Position numbers and translations under genes: made by a program. Positions 36,376 to 46,630 of a DNA stretch of 64,000 nucleotides are shown here, piece after piece (within the stretch, counting starts at the first letter, position 1; each line of letters starts with the position of its first letter). Origin of the DNA: an uncultured Armatimonadetes bacterium (lineage in GTDB: Bacteria; Armatimonadota; Armatimonadia; Armatimonadales; Capsulimonadaceae); NCBI GenBank assembly GCA_963835235.1, contig CAWIET010000003.1, positions 182,960-246,959 on the forward strand. The letters are read 5' to 3'. The notes under the pieces were generated by a model that searched no databases, was not told the origin of the DNA, and saw only the letters and a list, made by a program, of their open reading frames with translations.

Positions 36376-38396
36376 GAAGAAGCGTTTGCGTCTCCGAGCA
36401 CAAGGGATGTCGCGCACAGGGGGCCGAGGCGCGCGCAGAGTGGAGAGTATTTAGAATACAACGTGCCGCCGTCCCAGTACTGCGTGAGGCCGCCGCGCGC
36501 CAGCAGCCGTCGCCGCTGCACGTCATGGCCTGACAGCGGCTCCTGCCAGAGAGTGTCAGGACACTGCGCCCCCCCGGCAAAGTCAAGCGCGGCATCGCTC
36601 GCCTCGTCCTGCCCGGTGTACACAAGATGGATGATGCGCCGCAGATGGCGCTGCAACACCTGCGCTTCCAGAACATTGCCCCCATCCTGCTGGGCGTCTT
36701 GCAGGCGAGCGTGATTGATCGCCAGAATATCCGCTCCCTCCACCAGAACCTGCTCCACAGCGCGCGCCTCGCGGGGCGTAGAAAACGGGGGCAGCCCGGC
36801 AAACTGGCTGTCTGGAATGATGTCGCTCAGGTCAATGGAAGTCGCCAGATGGAACAGGTTGTACCAGCGAAAGGCGCGGCCAATCTGCTCCAGCGTCACG
36901 GGCCGCTCCAGAAGCCTCCGCAACTGGCAGAAGTATTCATCCGGGGTCGCGCCCCATTCCAGAAAGTCATCCTGCGGGAACCCCGTCAGGCCCTGCGTCG
37001 CCGTGAGGACGGGAACCCCCGCGCGCGCCACTTCCGAGCCGACCGTGCTCCAACTGGTCAGCACCAAATCCGCCGCTTCCGCCAGGTCATAGCTGGAAAC
37101 AGGCTGTTCGGGCCAGACAAAGCGGCACTGCTGAAACGGCCTGTCAAACGCTTCCAGGAGGCGCTGCAAGTGCTGGGAACTGGTTTTAGCCCCCTTTGTC
37201 TTGCCTTCGCGCGGATGAATACGCACCACGAGCTGCAGGTCGTCCGACGCTTCCACAAAGCGGGTCAGGGCCTGAAGCCATTCCACCTGATCGGCAAAGG
37301 GCTGCGGCGCGTTGGCGGGAGGGTAGCCCATCCCCTTCATAATCGCCCAGCCTGCCAGGTTCTCGTCTAGGCTGCTCGTGTAGGCTACCAGAAGTTTTCT
37401 GTCGTCGGCGAGGCCAAGCGAGGAGCGAATATCCCCCTGAGTGAATGTTTTAGCGGGTGAAAAGCGGTGCGAGCCGTGCGCGCGGAAGCGCGTGATTAAA
37501 TCATCAGTGATTTCGCCCACGCGCCCTGGCGACAAAGCAAGCGCGCGCCAGTCCGGCCATGCCAGGCGCAAGTGCATGGTCACTGCTTTGCGAATTTCCG
37601 GCAGGAGCACATAAAGCCGCCGGTCAATGTTGTTATGGCCCGCCTGATTGACGCCGTAGCTAGGGATGCCGTGTTTGGCCGCCGCAAGGCGAGCGCCCAG
37701 CATGATGCCATAATTATCATAATGCGCCAGGCTGGTTACAGGAACTTGCTGACAGATGCGGTCAACCAGCAGATAGGCAAGCACGCTCGTTTCGATGAAC
37801 TGAAGCCACCCGGAGCGCAGCTCCGCGCCGACCTGCCCGAAGTCGTAAATCTTGGCGTTCAGCGCCATGTCCAGAATGCAAAGCTGACCGAACGGAACCG
37901 AGTCGAAAGTGAACTGCCGCAGGTCTTCGGGCGCTTCCTGCAGCGCGCGCGCAACATCCGCAGTCATCTGCTCGGTCAGAAACGAGCGCAGGTCAAGATG
38001 CGGCAAGCCGTAAGCATCCAGCATCTTCAGAGAGTCACTGGCGCAATGGAGACAGATGGGGCGTTTCACAGCAGAGGGGGCGGCGAAAGGAAGTTGCTGC
38101 ATGGTCATCACCGGGCAGCGCGAGAAGCATTGAAAGCAGCGCGTCATGCATACCGTGTGACCCCGCTCCTGCAGGATGCGCGCCAGCACGCACAGCGCTG
38201 CAACGTGCGGGGTCACGCCTGCTTCCGGCGCGAAAAACAGCACAATCCCTTTGTCTTTGCCGGGAACGGGCAGGGCGGGGCGCTGCGCCAGGCGTCTGTG
38301 CAGGCGCGGCTTTTGCCATTCCCACAGCACCCGCCGCTTCACCCGTCTCAAGAATTGAAAGGCTGGCTCCGGCAGCCAGCGAACAGGAGAAGTCAT
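36363..38396 (-). CDS. large hypothetical protein; candidate capsule-synthesis-type (KpsS/KpsC-like, HP-motif) keto-sugar transferase
   Basis: 677 aa. LQLVVRIHPREGKTKG and LVLTSWSTVGSEVARAGVPVLT resemble the HP-motif region of Capsule_synth/sialyltransferase-like enzymes. The N-terminus is Cys-rich (CFQCFSRCP...CLHC). The call is weak. Confidence 0.3.
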   Translation of the reverse strand: MTSPVRWLPEPAFQFLRRVKRRVLWEWQKPRLHRRLAQRPALPVPGKDKGIVLFFAPEAGVTPHVAALCVLARILQERGHTVCMTRCFQCFSRCPVMTMQQLPFAAPSAVKRPICLHCASDSLKMLDAYGLPHLDLRSFLTEQMTADVARALQEAPEDLRQFTFDSVPFGQLCILDMALNAKIYDFGQVGAELRSGWLQFIETSVLAYLLVDRICQQVPVTSLAHYDNYGIMLGARLAAAKHGIPSYGVNQAGHNNIDRRLYVLLPEIRKAVTMHLRLAWPDWRALALSPGRVGEITDDLITRFRAHGSHRFSPAKTFTQGDIRSSLGLADDRKLLVAYTSSLDENLAGWAIMKGMGYPPANAPQPFADQVEWLQALTRFVEASDDLQLVVRIHPREGKTKGAKTSSQHLQRLLEAFDRPFQQCRFVWPEQPVSSYDLAEAADLVLTSWSTVGSEVARAGVPVLTATQGLTGFPQDDFLEWGATPDEYFCQLRRLLERPVTLEQIGRAFRWYNLFHLATSIDLSDIIPDSQFAGLPPFSTPREARAVEQVLVEGADILAINHARLQDAQQDGGNVLEAQVLQRHLRRIIHLVYTGQDEASDAALDFAGGAQCPDTLWQEPLSGHDVQRRRLLARGGLTQYWDGGTLYSKYSPLCARLGPLCATSLVLGDANASSCVS

Positions 38397-38405
38397 TTGT
38401 GTTGC

Positions 38406-39454
38406 TCAGGCCATGCCCTTCGGAGTCAAGCGAAACTTGGCGAAGAGACGCGGGTACTTGTGCGCGAAAGCTTCCAGGGAGGAGCCGGGAGCGAGAAACA
38501 GGGGCGGACGCGTAGTGTCAGTCCCAAACAGGCTGTCTGCGTATTCCATCTGCAGAATGAGGCGGTCTCCCGCATCTAGCGGCTTGCCTTTATGGAAGCC
38601 GCGCGTGTCTACCACCACAATCGTGCCGCGCGGGCCAGTAATTTCCACAAAACGCTCCGGCGCGTAAAAGCGCCGCATTTCTTCATCGGAGATGCGGACA
38701 TATCCACGCTCTAACAGGGAGCGGGCTGCCCCCCGCGTTTGTGGGAGCCTGCCACATAACAATGCGGCCCGCGCCCTGTGGTCACATCCGTGAGATAGAA
38801 AAAGAACTTGACCCACTTGAGGCGCTCCAAATCAAAATGGTAAAGCTGGGCTGCATCCGAGGAAGCCTGCCGGGAAAACAATGCGCTCCACCACATATTC
38901 ACGGCATCCAGCACTGGCTGCGAGCCTAAGTAAGATTGCGCGACCGCAAGAAGTGATGCATCTGCCATAAGCGCCTGAACCGCAGGCGCATTGACAAGTT
39001 CCTGCTCTTCCACCTGGTACGTTTCCGCGAGAGGATGCTCCCAGTCGTAACGCGCGCGTTCTGGCAACCCGGCGCGCATCGGGTGCGGCGCGCAGGACGT
39101 CGCGAGGGAAAACGCTTCCAGTTGGGCGCATACTTCTTCCGGCAGGCGGCTTGAGAAAACATGGTATCCGTTCTGGTTCAGGGAATGGACAATACCAGCC
39201 AACTCCTGCCTGTTCATCTGCCCCAGCACGCCCTCTGCCGAGGGCAGCGCGTAAGGACGATGCAACGCGGCCAGCATCCCATGGAAGAAATCGCTGGCGC
39301 GGCCTGCGGTGCGGCAGTGCAGATGGATCAGGCTGGTGTGCGCGCTTAAAGGAGTAGACCCCGTTTTGCGGTAAACGCCGATGCCTGCGATAAGGGTCGC
39401 TAAATCGCGCGCCAGATGAACTGGAGCCGCCAGAGTTTGCTTCAGGGACTTCAC
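38406..39454 (-). pseudogene. PhyH-like Fe(II)/2OG dioxygenase split by a frameshift in a G6 run
   Basis: YHFDLERLKWVKFFFYLTDVTTGRGPHCYVAGSHKRGG in one frame continues as ..SLLERGYVRISDEE...GTIVVVDTRGFHKG in the next. The junction is the C6/G6 homopolymer at 38729-38734, and one extra G would restore the frame. Confidence 0.6.
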
Positions 39455-39504
39455 TAGAGCAGATGCTTTCCGTTCGTCACGTCCAATTATACCCGCCGAA
39501 GGTG

Positions 39505-40692
39505 TCAGGCTGCCAACGCGCGAAGGCTCTCAATCACCCGCTGCTGGCTGGCTTCCGTCAAATGGGTGGAGCAGGGCAGGCTCAGGGCTGTCTGGTACAG
39601 GCGCTCCGCGATCGGGCAAGGGGCAGGACAGCAAGCGTCCCGGTGCGCCGGGCTGAGATGGAGCGGCTGCCACAAGGGCCGCGTTTGAATGCCCAGAGCG
39701 GCAAGGTTTGACAGGACACTGCGGCTGTCCCTGCCGAACACGCGCGGGTCAATTAAAACTGTGTAAAGCCAGAAGGCACTGTCTTGTCCTGGAATTATCG
39801 GCATCGCCGTGAGGCCGGGAATGCCCGCGAGCGCCTCGGAATAGATGGCCGCAATGCGGCGTTTTGCTTCAAGAAAAGAAGGCAATTGCTCCATCTGCGC
39901 GCAGCCGAGGGCCGCCTGAAGCGCCGTCAGGCGGTAGTTGTAGCCGACTTCGGAATGCACATACTCCAAAGGATCGCTTTTCGCCTGCGTGGTTAAAAAA
40001 CGCGCCCGCTCTGCCCAGTCCACCCGGTCGGTGACTATCATGCCGCCGCCGCCTGTTGTCACGACTTTGTTGCCGTTGAAGCTGAAGCACCCAATATCGC
40101 CCAGATGTCCGGCGGGCTGGCTTTTATACGTGGCGCCCAGGGCTTCTGCGGCGTCTTCCACAACGGCGAGGCCATAGCGCGCGGCAGCTTCTTTGAGCGG
40201 GTCGATGTCTACGCAGCCGCCGAGGATATGCACCGGCAGCAGCGCGCGCACGCGGCGGCCCGTCGCGCGGTTTCGCAACTCTCCCCGGTCCCAGCGGCAG
40301 CCGCGTTCCAGGAACGACACGGCCTGCGGCACGTCCATCTGCCAGGTCTGCGGCTCGGCATCCATGAACACGGGGAACCCGCCGCAGTAGCGAATGGCGT
40401 TCGCCGGGGCGATAAAAGACAGCGTGGAGACGACTACTTCCTCTCCCGGCTGAACGCCCGCCACTTGCAGCGCGACATGGAGCGCGGCGGTGCCATTCAC
40501 AATGGCGACGGCCTGCGCGGTTCCGGCTTGCGCGGCGACCATGCGCTCAAAGCGTTCCACAAAGGGACCGACCGAGGAAACCCAGCCCGAATCGAGGCAT
40601 TCCCTGGCATAAAGCCACTCGTTTCCGCCAAGATGGGGCACGGCAAGAGGGATGAATTCGGGGCAGGGCGGCTGTTCAGACCTGGTAGGCAT
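39505..40692 (-). CDS. LegC-type (DegT-family) aminotransferase
   Basis: IPLAVPHLGGNEWLYARECLDSGWVSSVGPFVERFE, typical of LegC-family enzymes, and FSFNGNKVVTTGGGG. Confidence 0.75.
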   Translation of the reverse strand: MPTRSEQPPCPEFIPLAVPHLGGNEWLYARECLDSGWVSSVGPFVERFERMVAAQAGTAQAVAIVNGTAALHVALQVAGVQPGEEVVVSTLSFIAPANAIRYCGGFPVFMDAEPQTWQMDVPQAVSFLERGCRWDRGELRNRATGRRVRALLPVHILGGCVDIDPLKEAAARYGLAVVEDAAEALGATYKSQPAGHLGDIGCFSFNGNKVVTTGGGGMIVTDRVDWAERARFLTTQAKSDPLEYVHSEVGYNYRLTALQAALGCAQMEQLPSFLEAKRRIAAIYSEALAGIPGLTAMPIIPGQDSAFWLYTVLIDPRVFGRDSRSVLSNLAALGIQTRPLWQPLHLSPAHRDACCPAPCPIAERLYQTALSLPCSTHLTEASQQRVIESLRALAA

Positions 40693-41659
40693 CGGGTTGG
40701 TATCCGCCGGGGTGAGCGCGCATCCAGGCGATCGTGCGTGTCAATCCTTCTTCCAAACTTATCTTCGGCTCCCAGCACAGCACAGCGCGCGCCAGTGTGC
40801 TATCGGCCAGCAGACGTTCCACTTCGCTGCGTGCGGGGCGCAGCCGCTGCGCGTCGCATTCAATCTGCAGATGCCGCCCTATAATCCGCGCTATCAGATG
40901 TGCAAGGTCTCCCATGCTAATCTCTTGGCCTGAACCAATGTTGAATGTCTGTCCGACTGCTTCGGGCACGGCTCCAGCCAGCAAAAACCCGTCTACCGTA
41001 TTGTCCACATAGTTCAGGTCGCGCGTGGGCGTCAGGCTGCCCAGACGCACTTTTTCACCCGCCAAGCATTGACTGATGATGGTGGGAATAATGGCGCGGG
41101 CCGACTGGCGCGGGCCGAATGTGTTGAAGGGCCTCACCGTTGTCACCGGCACCGAGAACGATAGGTGGAACGCTTCGGCGATCTTGTCGGCTCCAATCTT
41201 GCTGGCAGAGTAAGGCGACTGCCCCTGAAGCGGGTGCGCTTCGCTGATGGGAACGAACTGGGCAGTGCCGTACACCTCGCTGGTGGATGTCTGCACGAAC
41301 CGCTCTGCCGCGTGCTCGCGGGCCGCCTGCAGCAAATTAAGCGTTCCCTCTATGTTGGCGCGTACATACGAACCGGGCGCAGAGTACGAGTATGGAATTG
41401 CAATCAGGGCGGCAAGATGAAAGATAACCGCGCGGCCCTGAGCAATGCGCGCCGTGCAGTCCCGGTCGCAGATGTCCCCGGCCACAATCTCCATCTCTGC
41501 ACGCAGCGGCGAGGCGTCCAGCCAGCCGCGCGTTCCGCGTCCATTGTAGCGCACAAGCGCCCTCACGTCCGCGCCCGCTTCTACGAGGCGCTCGGCAAGA
41601 TGGCTGCCGATAAATCCGCCCGCTCCGGTGACCAGAACGCGCTTTCCAGCCCAGGTCAT
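40676..41659 (-). CDS. LegB-like NAD-dependent sugar-nucleotide 4,6-dehydratase
   Basis: VLVTGAGGFIGSHLAERLVEAGADVRALVRYN, TSTSEVYG and YSASKIGADK. The start is at the ATGA overlap (41659). Confidence 0.7.
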   Translation of the reverse strand: MTWAGKRVLVTGAGGFIGSHLAERLVEAGADVRALVRYNGRGTRGWLDASPLRAEMEIVAGDICDRDCTARIAQGRAVIFHLAALIAIPYSYSAPGSYVRANIEGTLNLLQAAREHAAERFVQTSTSEVYGTAQFVPISEAHPLQGQSPYSASKIGADKIAEAFHLSFSVPVTTVRPFNTFGPRQSARAIIPTIISQCLAGEKVRLGSLTPTRDLNYVDNTVDGFLLAGAVPEAVGQTFNIGSGQEISMGDLAHLIARIIGRHLQIECDAQRLRPARSEVERLLADSTLARAVLCWEPKISLEEGLTRTIAWMRAHPGGYQPDAYQV

Positions 41660-42792
41660 TGCGCCCACTCCTGCGTTTTGATGTCTTCCTGCGCCTGCTG
41701 ATAATCGGCATGCTGCCCGATATCCAGCCAGTACTCGCGAACGGGGAAACTCACCACGCGCTTGCCTTCCGCAATGGCCTGCTTGATTAAATCCGGCATA
41801 TCAAAGCGCAGGCCGCCGGGAATCAAGGCGCAGACGGCAGGGTTGAGCAGGTAAATGCCCGCGTTCACAAAGCGCTTGAAGATAGGCTTCTCCGTGATGC
41901 TTTTAATGGACACGCCCTCGGCTTCCACGACGCCATAGGGGATGCAAAACTCATGCTGGCGCACGGCAACAGTCATGTCCGCATGATGCTCCCGGTGAAA
42001 GTGCAGCATGGCCCGAAAATCCAAACGGGTCAGGATGTCGCCGTTCATCACAAGCAAGGGCTGGTCACGGTGATTCAGCAATTTCAGCGCGCCCGCCGTG
42101 CCAAGGGGCTGTTCTTCATGCACATAATGCAGGTTGACGCCGAACCCGGCCCCGTCGCCAAAATGCTCGGTAATAACGCTGCTCTTGTAATGGGTCGTCA
42201 GGTTCAGGTGCAGGACGCCCGCCCGGCGAAGCTGGCCGATAATCAGCTCCAGCAGAGGCTTGGCCCCCACAGGAAGCATCGGCTTGGGAATGGTATCGGT
42301 CAGCGGCCGAAGGCGCGTGCCGCCGCCGCCTGCCATGATGACAGCGCTCAACGGCAGTTCGTACTCTTTCACCAGGTCGCCGAGCATGGCGAGGTCAACA
42401 ACGCGGCCTGCGCCATCCAGCAGGGGAATATGCCGCAGGGAGCGCTCGTCCATCAGGCGGATTAACTCGGCATCGGGCGTGCCCAGCGGCGCCGTCGTCG
42501 GCAGGCGGCCTTCCGAAGACGTTCGCTGCTCCAGCAAAGACTGAAGCGGCATCTCCAGGTCAGCCCCGCTCAGAATGGCGCGCCGGATGTCACCGTCCGT
42601 AATCGTTGCCTGCAGCCGCTGGCTGTCATCTAGCACCAGCGCAATCCCTTTGGCGTTCTGATCCAGGCAGACAATCACCTCGCGGAGCGTCTGCGCTGGC
42701 GAGACCAGAAACGGCTCCAGCGTCTTCAAAGAGGCATTGCTGTCCAGAGGGGCTTCTGCAGGCATCTTGTTTGCTTTGCTGTTACGCGGCAT
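41656..42792 (-). CDS. CBS-pair domain fused to a sugar-1-phosphate nucleotidyltransferase (PtmE-like)
   Basis: N-terminal tandem CBS segments (ATITDGDIRRAIL, HIPLLDGAGRVVD) followed by AVIMAGGGGTRLRPLTDTIPKPMLPV. Confidence 0.75.
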   Translation of the reverse strand: MPRNSKANKMPAEAPLDSNASLKTLEPFLVSPAQTLREVIVCLDQNAKGIALVLDDSQRLQATITDGDIRRAILSGADLEMPLQSLLEQRTSSEGRLPTTAPLGTPDAELIRLMDERSLRHIPLLDGAGRVVDLAMLGDLVKEYELPLSAVIMAGGGGTRLRPLTDTIPKPMLPVGAKPLLELIIGQLRRAGVLHLNLTTHYKSSVITEHFGDGAGFGVNLHYVHEEQPLGTAGALKLLNHRDQPLLVMNGDILTRLDFRAMLHFHREHHADMTVAVRQHEFCIPYGVVEAEGVSIKSITEKPIFKRFVNAGIYLLNPAVCALIPGGLRFDMPDLIKQAIAEGKRVVSFPVREYWLDIGQHADYQQAQEDIKTQEWAQ

Positions 42793-43843
42793 AGCCTAAG
42801 TCCTTCATCAGCGCGAGAAATCTGGCCCGCTCTGGCTCCTGAATGCGCGCCACGGCAGAAGGATAAGAGCTGGGCGAAAATCCTGCGACGGCGCTCAAGT
42901 GCCTGCGCGTGATTTCTGTCGTCTCAAGTCCATATTGGCCTGCAACGCGCTCCGCAATCGCCTCCGGCGCGCGCGCGAACTCTTCGTATTGCAGCGAAAT
43001 GCATTGCGTGGGATGTGACGCCGCGTAGTCCAGCCCTGCCGCTGTTAATTGCCGCCAGATGCTGGCGGCCCGCGTTTCCTGGTTCCATCGGGGAAACAGC
43101 GCGCTGCTTTCGCTGTCCAGATACCATGGAGCCGGGCATTCCTGCTCCGACACGGGCTTCCTGACCCACTCAATGAGGCCCTCTTTCAGGAAGGCGTCCG
43201 AGTACCATCCGCGCTTTAGAGAGGAAGCAATTACATCATTGCCGTTGCGAATAATGTGGAGCAGCACCGTGCCCGCAGCGATCCGGCTGGCAGTGGAAAA
43301 CAAAGGCTGGAACTCCGGGATCTTCAGTGCAAACAAAGGGGGGCGCTCCTGGATTTGGCGCAGGACATCCTGGCGGCGGCTCAACACGCGCCACTGTTCT
43401 TCCACCTCCTGCAGCGACAGCGCATTGCCATAGTAGCTGTCGTCGCGCGGGTTGAAGTTGAGGCTGCGCCCGTGCATAGCCTGCAGGAAATAGTCTTCAA
43501 AAAGAACCGCCCGAATGACAGTGGCATAAGTTTCCTGTTGGCGCGGCTCGGCGTGCAGCAGAAAAGGGAGCAGGCGCATCAACGCTGGCTCAAACAAGTA
43601 AAACGCGGGCCGAAGGCTGCCCAGAAGCTTGCCCAGAATGGTAGTGCCGGAACGCCCGACGCCGGTGATGATGACAAGGCGCTGGCGAAAAAGAGCCTCA
43701 TAATCGGGCGGGATGATGTAATCTTCCAGCGGCAAAGCTAGGCCCCAAACTTCAAGCGTCTCCTGGCAGACGATAGCATAGAAAGTAGTCAGGCAGGTCG
43801 CTGAGGCCACGCTGCCGCATCCATTGGCCGCAGAGCGCGGCAT
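42782..43843 (-). CDS. sulfotransferase-family protein
   Basis: PAPS 5'-phosphosulfate-binding loop-like IITGVGRSGTTILGKLLG. The start is uncertain (ATG 43843 or GTG 43807). Confidence 0.55.
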   Translation of the reverse strand: MPRSAANGCGSVASATCLTTFYAIVCQETLEVWGLALPLEDYIIPPDYEALFRQRLVIITGVGRSGTTILGKLLGSLRPAFYLFEPALMRLLPFLLHAEPRQQETYATVIRAVLFEDYFLQAMHGRSLNFNPRDDSYYGNALSLQEVEEQWRVLSRRQDVLRQIQERPPLFALKIPEFQPLFSTASRIAAGTVLLHIIRNGNDVIASSLKRGWYSDAFLKEGLIEWVRKPVSEQECPAPWYLDSESSALFPRWNQETRAASIWRQLTAAGLDYAASHPTQCISLQYEEFARAPEAIAERVAGQYGLETTEITRRHLSAVAGFSPSSYPSAVARIQEPERARFLALMKDLGYAA

Positions 43844-44816
43844 AGGCCGGTTTATGATGCACGCGCCGCCCGCAATAAAACGGCAGGCGCGCGCGGGAAA
43901 GACTGCTCTTAAATCGAAGCAATGGGTCATCTGGACGGGCAGTGCGCCCGCCGCCCAGGTGCAGGTTCTTGAAGCCACGCTCCTGTGCCCATCGGGCCGC
44001 CGTGTGCAGCAGCAGATTGTTCGGGGCGAGCGGCTTGAAGCGCGCATCGCTCCCAGCGAGATGGTAATGCATGGTCGTATGGTCGGTCAGAAACAAAGCC
44101 ATCGCAATCGTTTGTTCTTCCCGCAGCACCGCGAAGAGGCACGCTTGCTGGCGCAGCTCCTTTGCGAGCAATTGAAAGTAAGCTGCCGAAAACAGGTAAT
44201 ACTGGGCGGCCTGCACCTGAGCCATTGTTTGCCGGTACATGCGCTGGAACGCTTCCAGCCCTATGGAGAGGGGAACCTCATGGCAGATTAGTCCTTGTGC
44301 CAACGCTTTACGCACCATGTTGCGCTGGGTCGGCAGAGCGCGTTCCCACAACTCCTGCTCCGTGCCATCCAATCCGACCAACACTGTTTCCCGATTGAAT
44401 GCCACAGTCATGGCCGAGTCTGCAGCGTCCCGATTGCCCAGAAGCGGGTGAAAGCGGACATATTCCGCCACAACGCCCGCCTTTTGGCACCACCCGGCAA
44501 ACGCCCCCCATGCTTGTGCCAGAAACTTCGGCTCGCGCGTGGACGCCAGAGGCCCGCTGTAGCCATAAACTGTCTCAATGTCGCACCAGCCCGCGTCAAT
44601 CGTCTCCGTGCCGACCCGCTCAATGGGGCGCACCAGGAAAGGGTAAAACAGGAGACTGTCCCCTTCCTCAGCGACAAAGGCGCACGCTTTGCCGTCGCCA
44701 TTGGCCTCATGCGCCTGATGATACGCGCAGGAAAAGTAAATGTCGCTGTGTCTTAATCGTCCGCGCGCTTCTTCCCACTCTGAGTATTGCCGGGTTGTCA
44801 GCAGGCGGCTTTTCAC
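43752..44816 (-). CDS. FemAB-like / GNAT-fold acyl- or aminoacyl-transferase
   Basis: MHYHLAGSDARFKPLAPNNLLLHTAARWAQERGFKNLHLGGG resembles FemAB/BioF2-like acetyltransferase domains. The start was set at the GTGA overlap (44816). Confidence 0.5.
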   Translation of the reverse strand: MKSRLLTTRQYSEWEEARGRLRHSDIYFSCAYHQAHEANGDGKACAFVAEEGDSLLFYPFLVRPIERVGTETIDAGWCDIETVYGYSGPLASTREPKFLAQAWGAFAGWCQKAGVVAEYVRFHPLLGNRDAADSAMTVAFNRETVLVGLDGTEQELWERALPTQRNMVRKALAQGLICHEVPLSIGLEAFQRMYRQTMAQVQAAQYYLFSAAYFQLLAKELRQQACLFAVLREEQTIAMALFLTDHTTMHYHLAGSDARFKPLAPNNLLLHTAARWAQERGFKNLHLGGGRTARPDDPLLRFKSSLSRARLPFYCGRRVHHKPAYAALCGQWMRQRGLSDLPDYFLCYRLPGDA

Positions 44817-45484
44817 CCTGCCTTCGTCCCCTGAAAAATCCAGTGTTTCATCACGCGCGTCTCCGCTTCCAGACTGCGCGTCCTGTATTCGCATTCCACA
44901 GAGAGGAACTTCGCGAAAAGGGCCGAAAGTTCCTCTTTTGTGAAGAAATGGCACAGGCCCCGCTGACGCAAAGGGCCTTCGCTAACCTCAGAGTAAGTGT
45001 TTGGCTCTTCCATGAAGCCGCTTCCTTCGCCCCAGGAGCCGGAGGCCAGCATGATGGAAAAGAACTGGCCTTCCGGCTTCAGCACAGCCCGGACTTGCTC
45101 CAAAATCTCCTGCACTGAGGACAGCCGGTTATGCTGAAGGCAGGCGACATCAATCACAGCATCAAAAGCAGCGGGCGGATACAGCGCCGAAAGGGAAACG
45201 ACATCCCCTACCAGGAAATGCGCCGTCAGCCCATCCGCCTGCAAACGCCGTTCGGCCTTGTGGATGCCGGACGGCGAGCCGTCAATGCCATATGCCTCAA
45301 AGCCCTCGCGCGCCAGATACCAGATATTGGCCCCCTGCCCGCACCCGATTTCCAGTATCTTGATTTGGCTCCTGTCGGGGACAGCGTAAAAGCGCCGCGC
45401 GATGAACCGGATCAACTCCTCCGGCGGGTACTGGCCCCAGTCGCGCTCCGCGAAGATGTCTTCCCAAATGGGGTTCCAGCTCAT
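44813..45484 (-). CDS. class I SAM-dependent methyltransferase
   Basis: Motif I ILEIGCGQGANIWYLA. The start overlaps the upstream stop (ATGA at 45481-45484). Confidence 0.75.
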   Translation of the reverse strand: MSWNPIWEDIFAERDWGQYPPEELIRFIARRFYAVPDRSQIKILEIGCGQGANIWYLAREGFEAYGIDGSPSGIHKAERRLQADGLTAHFLVGDVVSLSALYPPAAFDAVIDVACLQHNRLSSVQEILEQVRAVLKPEGQFFSIMLASGSWGEGSGFMEEPNTYSEVSEGPLRQRGLCHFFTKEELSALFAKFLSVECEYRTRSLEAETRVMKHWIFQGTKAG

Positions 45485-46630
45485 TGAATTCCCTCCCCGG
45501 CCTCGCGGATGCGGCAAAGCAACGCTTCCATGTGCTCTGCCCCGTAGCGCTGGTCAATCGGCAGGCTGAGCATCTCCTGTGACAACTGATAGCTTTCCGG
45601 GAACTGCGCCCGACCCACCGCAGGCGGCAGGAGCCAGTGAACCGGGCAGAACACGCGCCGTGCCGCCAGTTCCGCGCGCAATGCGTCCCGCTGCGGCGCT
45701 GCCACGCAGAGGGGGAACGCCAGCGGCGAAACGCCCTCCGGCAGCTCCATGAAAAGAGGCTGGCCCACACGCTGCAAACGGGCGTCTGCCGCGAACGCCT
45801 GCCGCAGAAGCGCGAAGTTGCGGCGGCGGCGCTGCATGGCGTCTGCCCAGTCCCACGTTCTCAGCAGCCTCTCCGAGAGCGCCGACATCGCTTCCCACGG
45901 AACCCCGGCATCCACCTCCGCTTCGGCATCCGCGAACAGGGCCAGAAACGCCGGTTCCAGGGCGGCGCTCTCCGGGGAGCCGTGCACGAACTCATGCCGC
46001 AGCAGCTTGCCGAGGAGCCGCTGGCGCGTGAAGCAGCCCTGCGGCGCGGGCAGTGTCGGCAGCGATGCGCCTGACCGGCAGACAACAAGCCCCCCATCGG
46101 GAACCGGGAAATACTTGCGGAAACTGGTGAGGCTAAAGGCCCCAATGTTCCCGACAACCGGCTCCGGCGGCTCTATCAGCGAGCCGTGAGAGCAATCTTC
46201 AATCACGCAGCACTGGGAGGCAGCCTGGCGCAGGAAAGCGGCTGTGCGGGCGCAGACGGGAAATCCGAAATAATGGATGAACAGAAGCGCCTGCGGCTTG
46301 AGCGTCTCCAGGAGGCCCGCCGCGTGGGGGATGTCAATGGACAAGTCCCGCCGCACGCGATAAAACGGCGTCTGCATTCCTGCTTCCCGAAAACGCCTGC
46401 ACGATGCTGGGGCACAAATAAGAAGGCAGCAGAATGGTTCCCAGCCCCTTCGTTGACTGCTGAAGCCAGCGCGCCAGAAGCAACAGCGCGGTTCTGCCGG
46501 TCTTCACCGTGCGGCAGTCGGGAAAGGGCCAAACAGGGGCGAGCGCGGGGCAGGAAAAGACCTGCTCCGCGACCAGTTCCATTTCCCCGCCCAGCGGGAC
46601 GGCATTATTGACAGAGGAAGGAACGCTCAT
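45481..46630 (-). pseudogene. DegT-like PLP-dependent aminotransferase split by a 1-nt frameshift in a T4 run
   Basis: The N-terminal piece ...GRTALLLLARWL...ILLPSYLCPSIVQAF joins the C-terminal piece REAGMQTPFYRVRRDLSIDI...FIHYFGFP if one T is removed from TTTT (plus-strand AAAA at 46390-46393). Confidence 0.55.
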
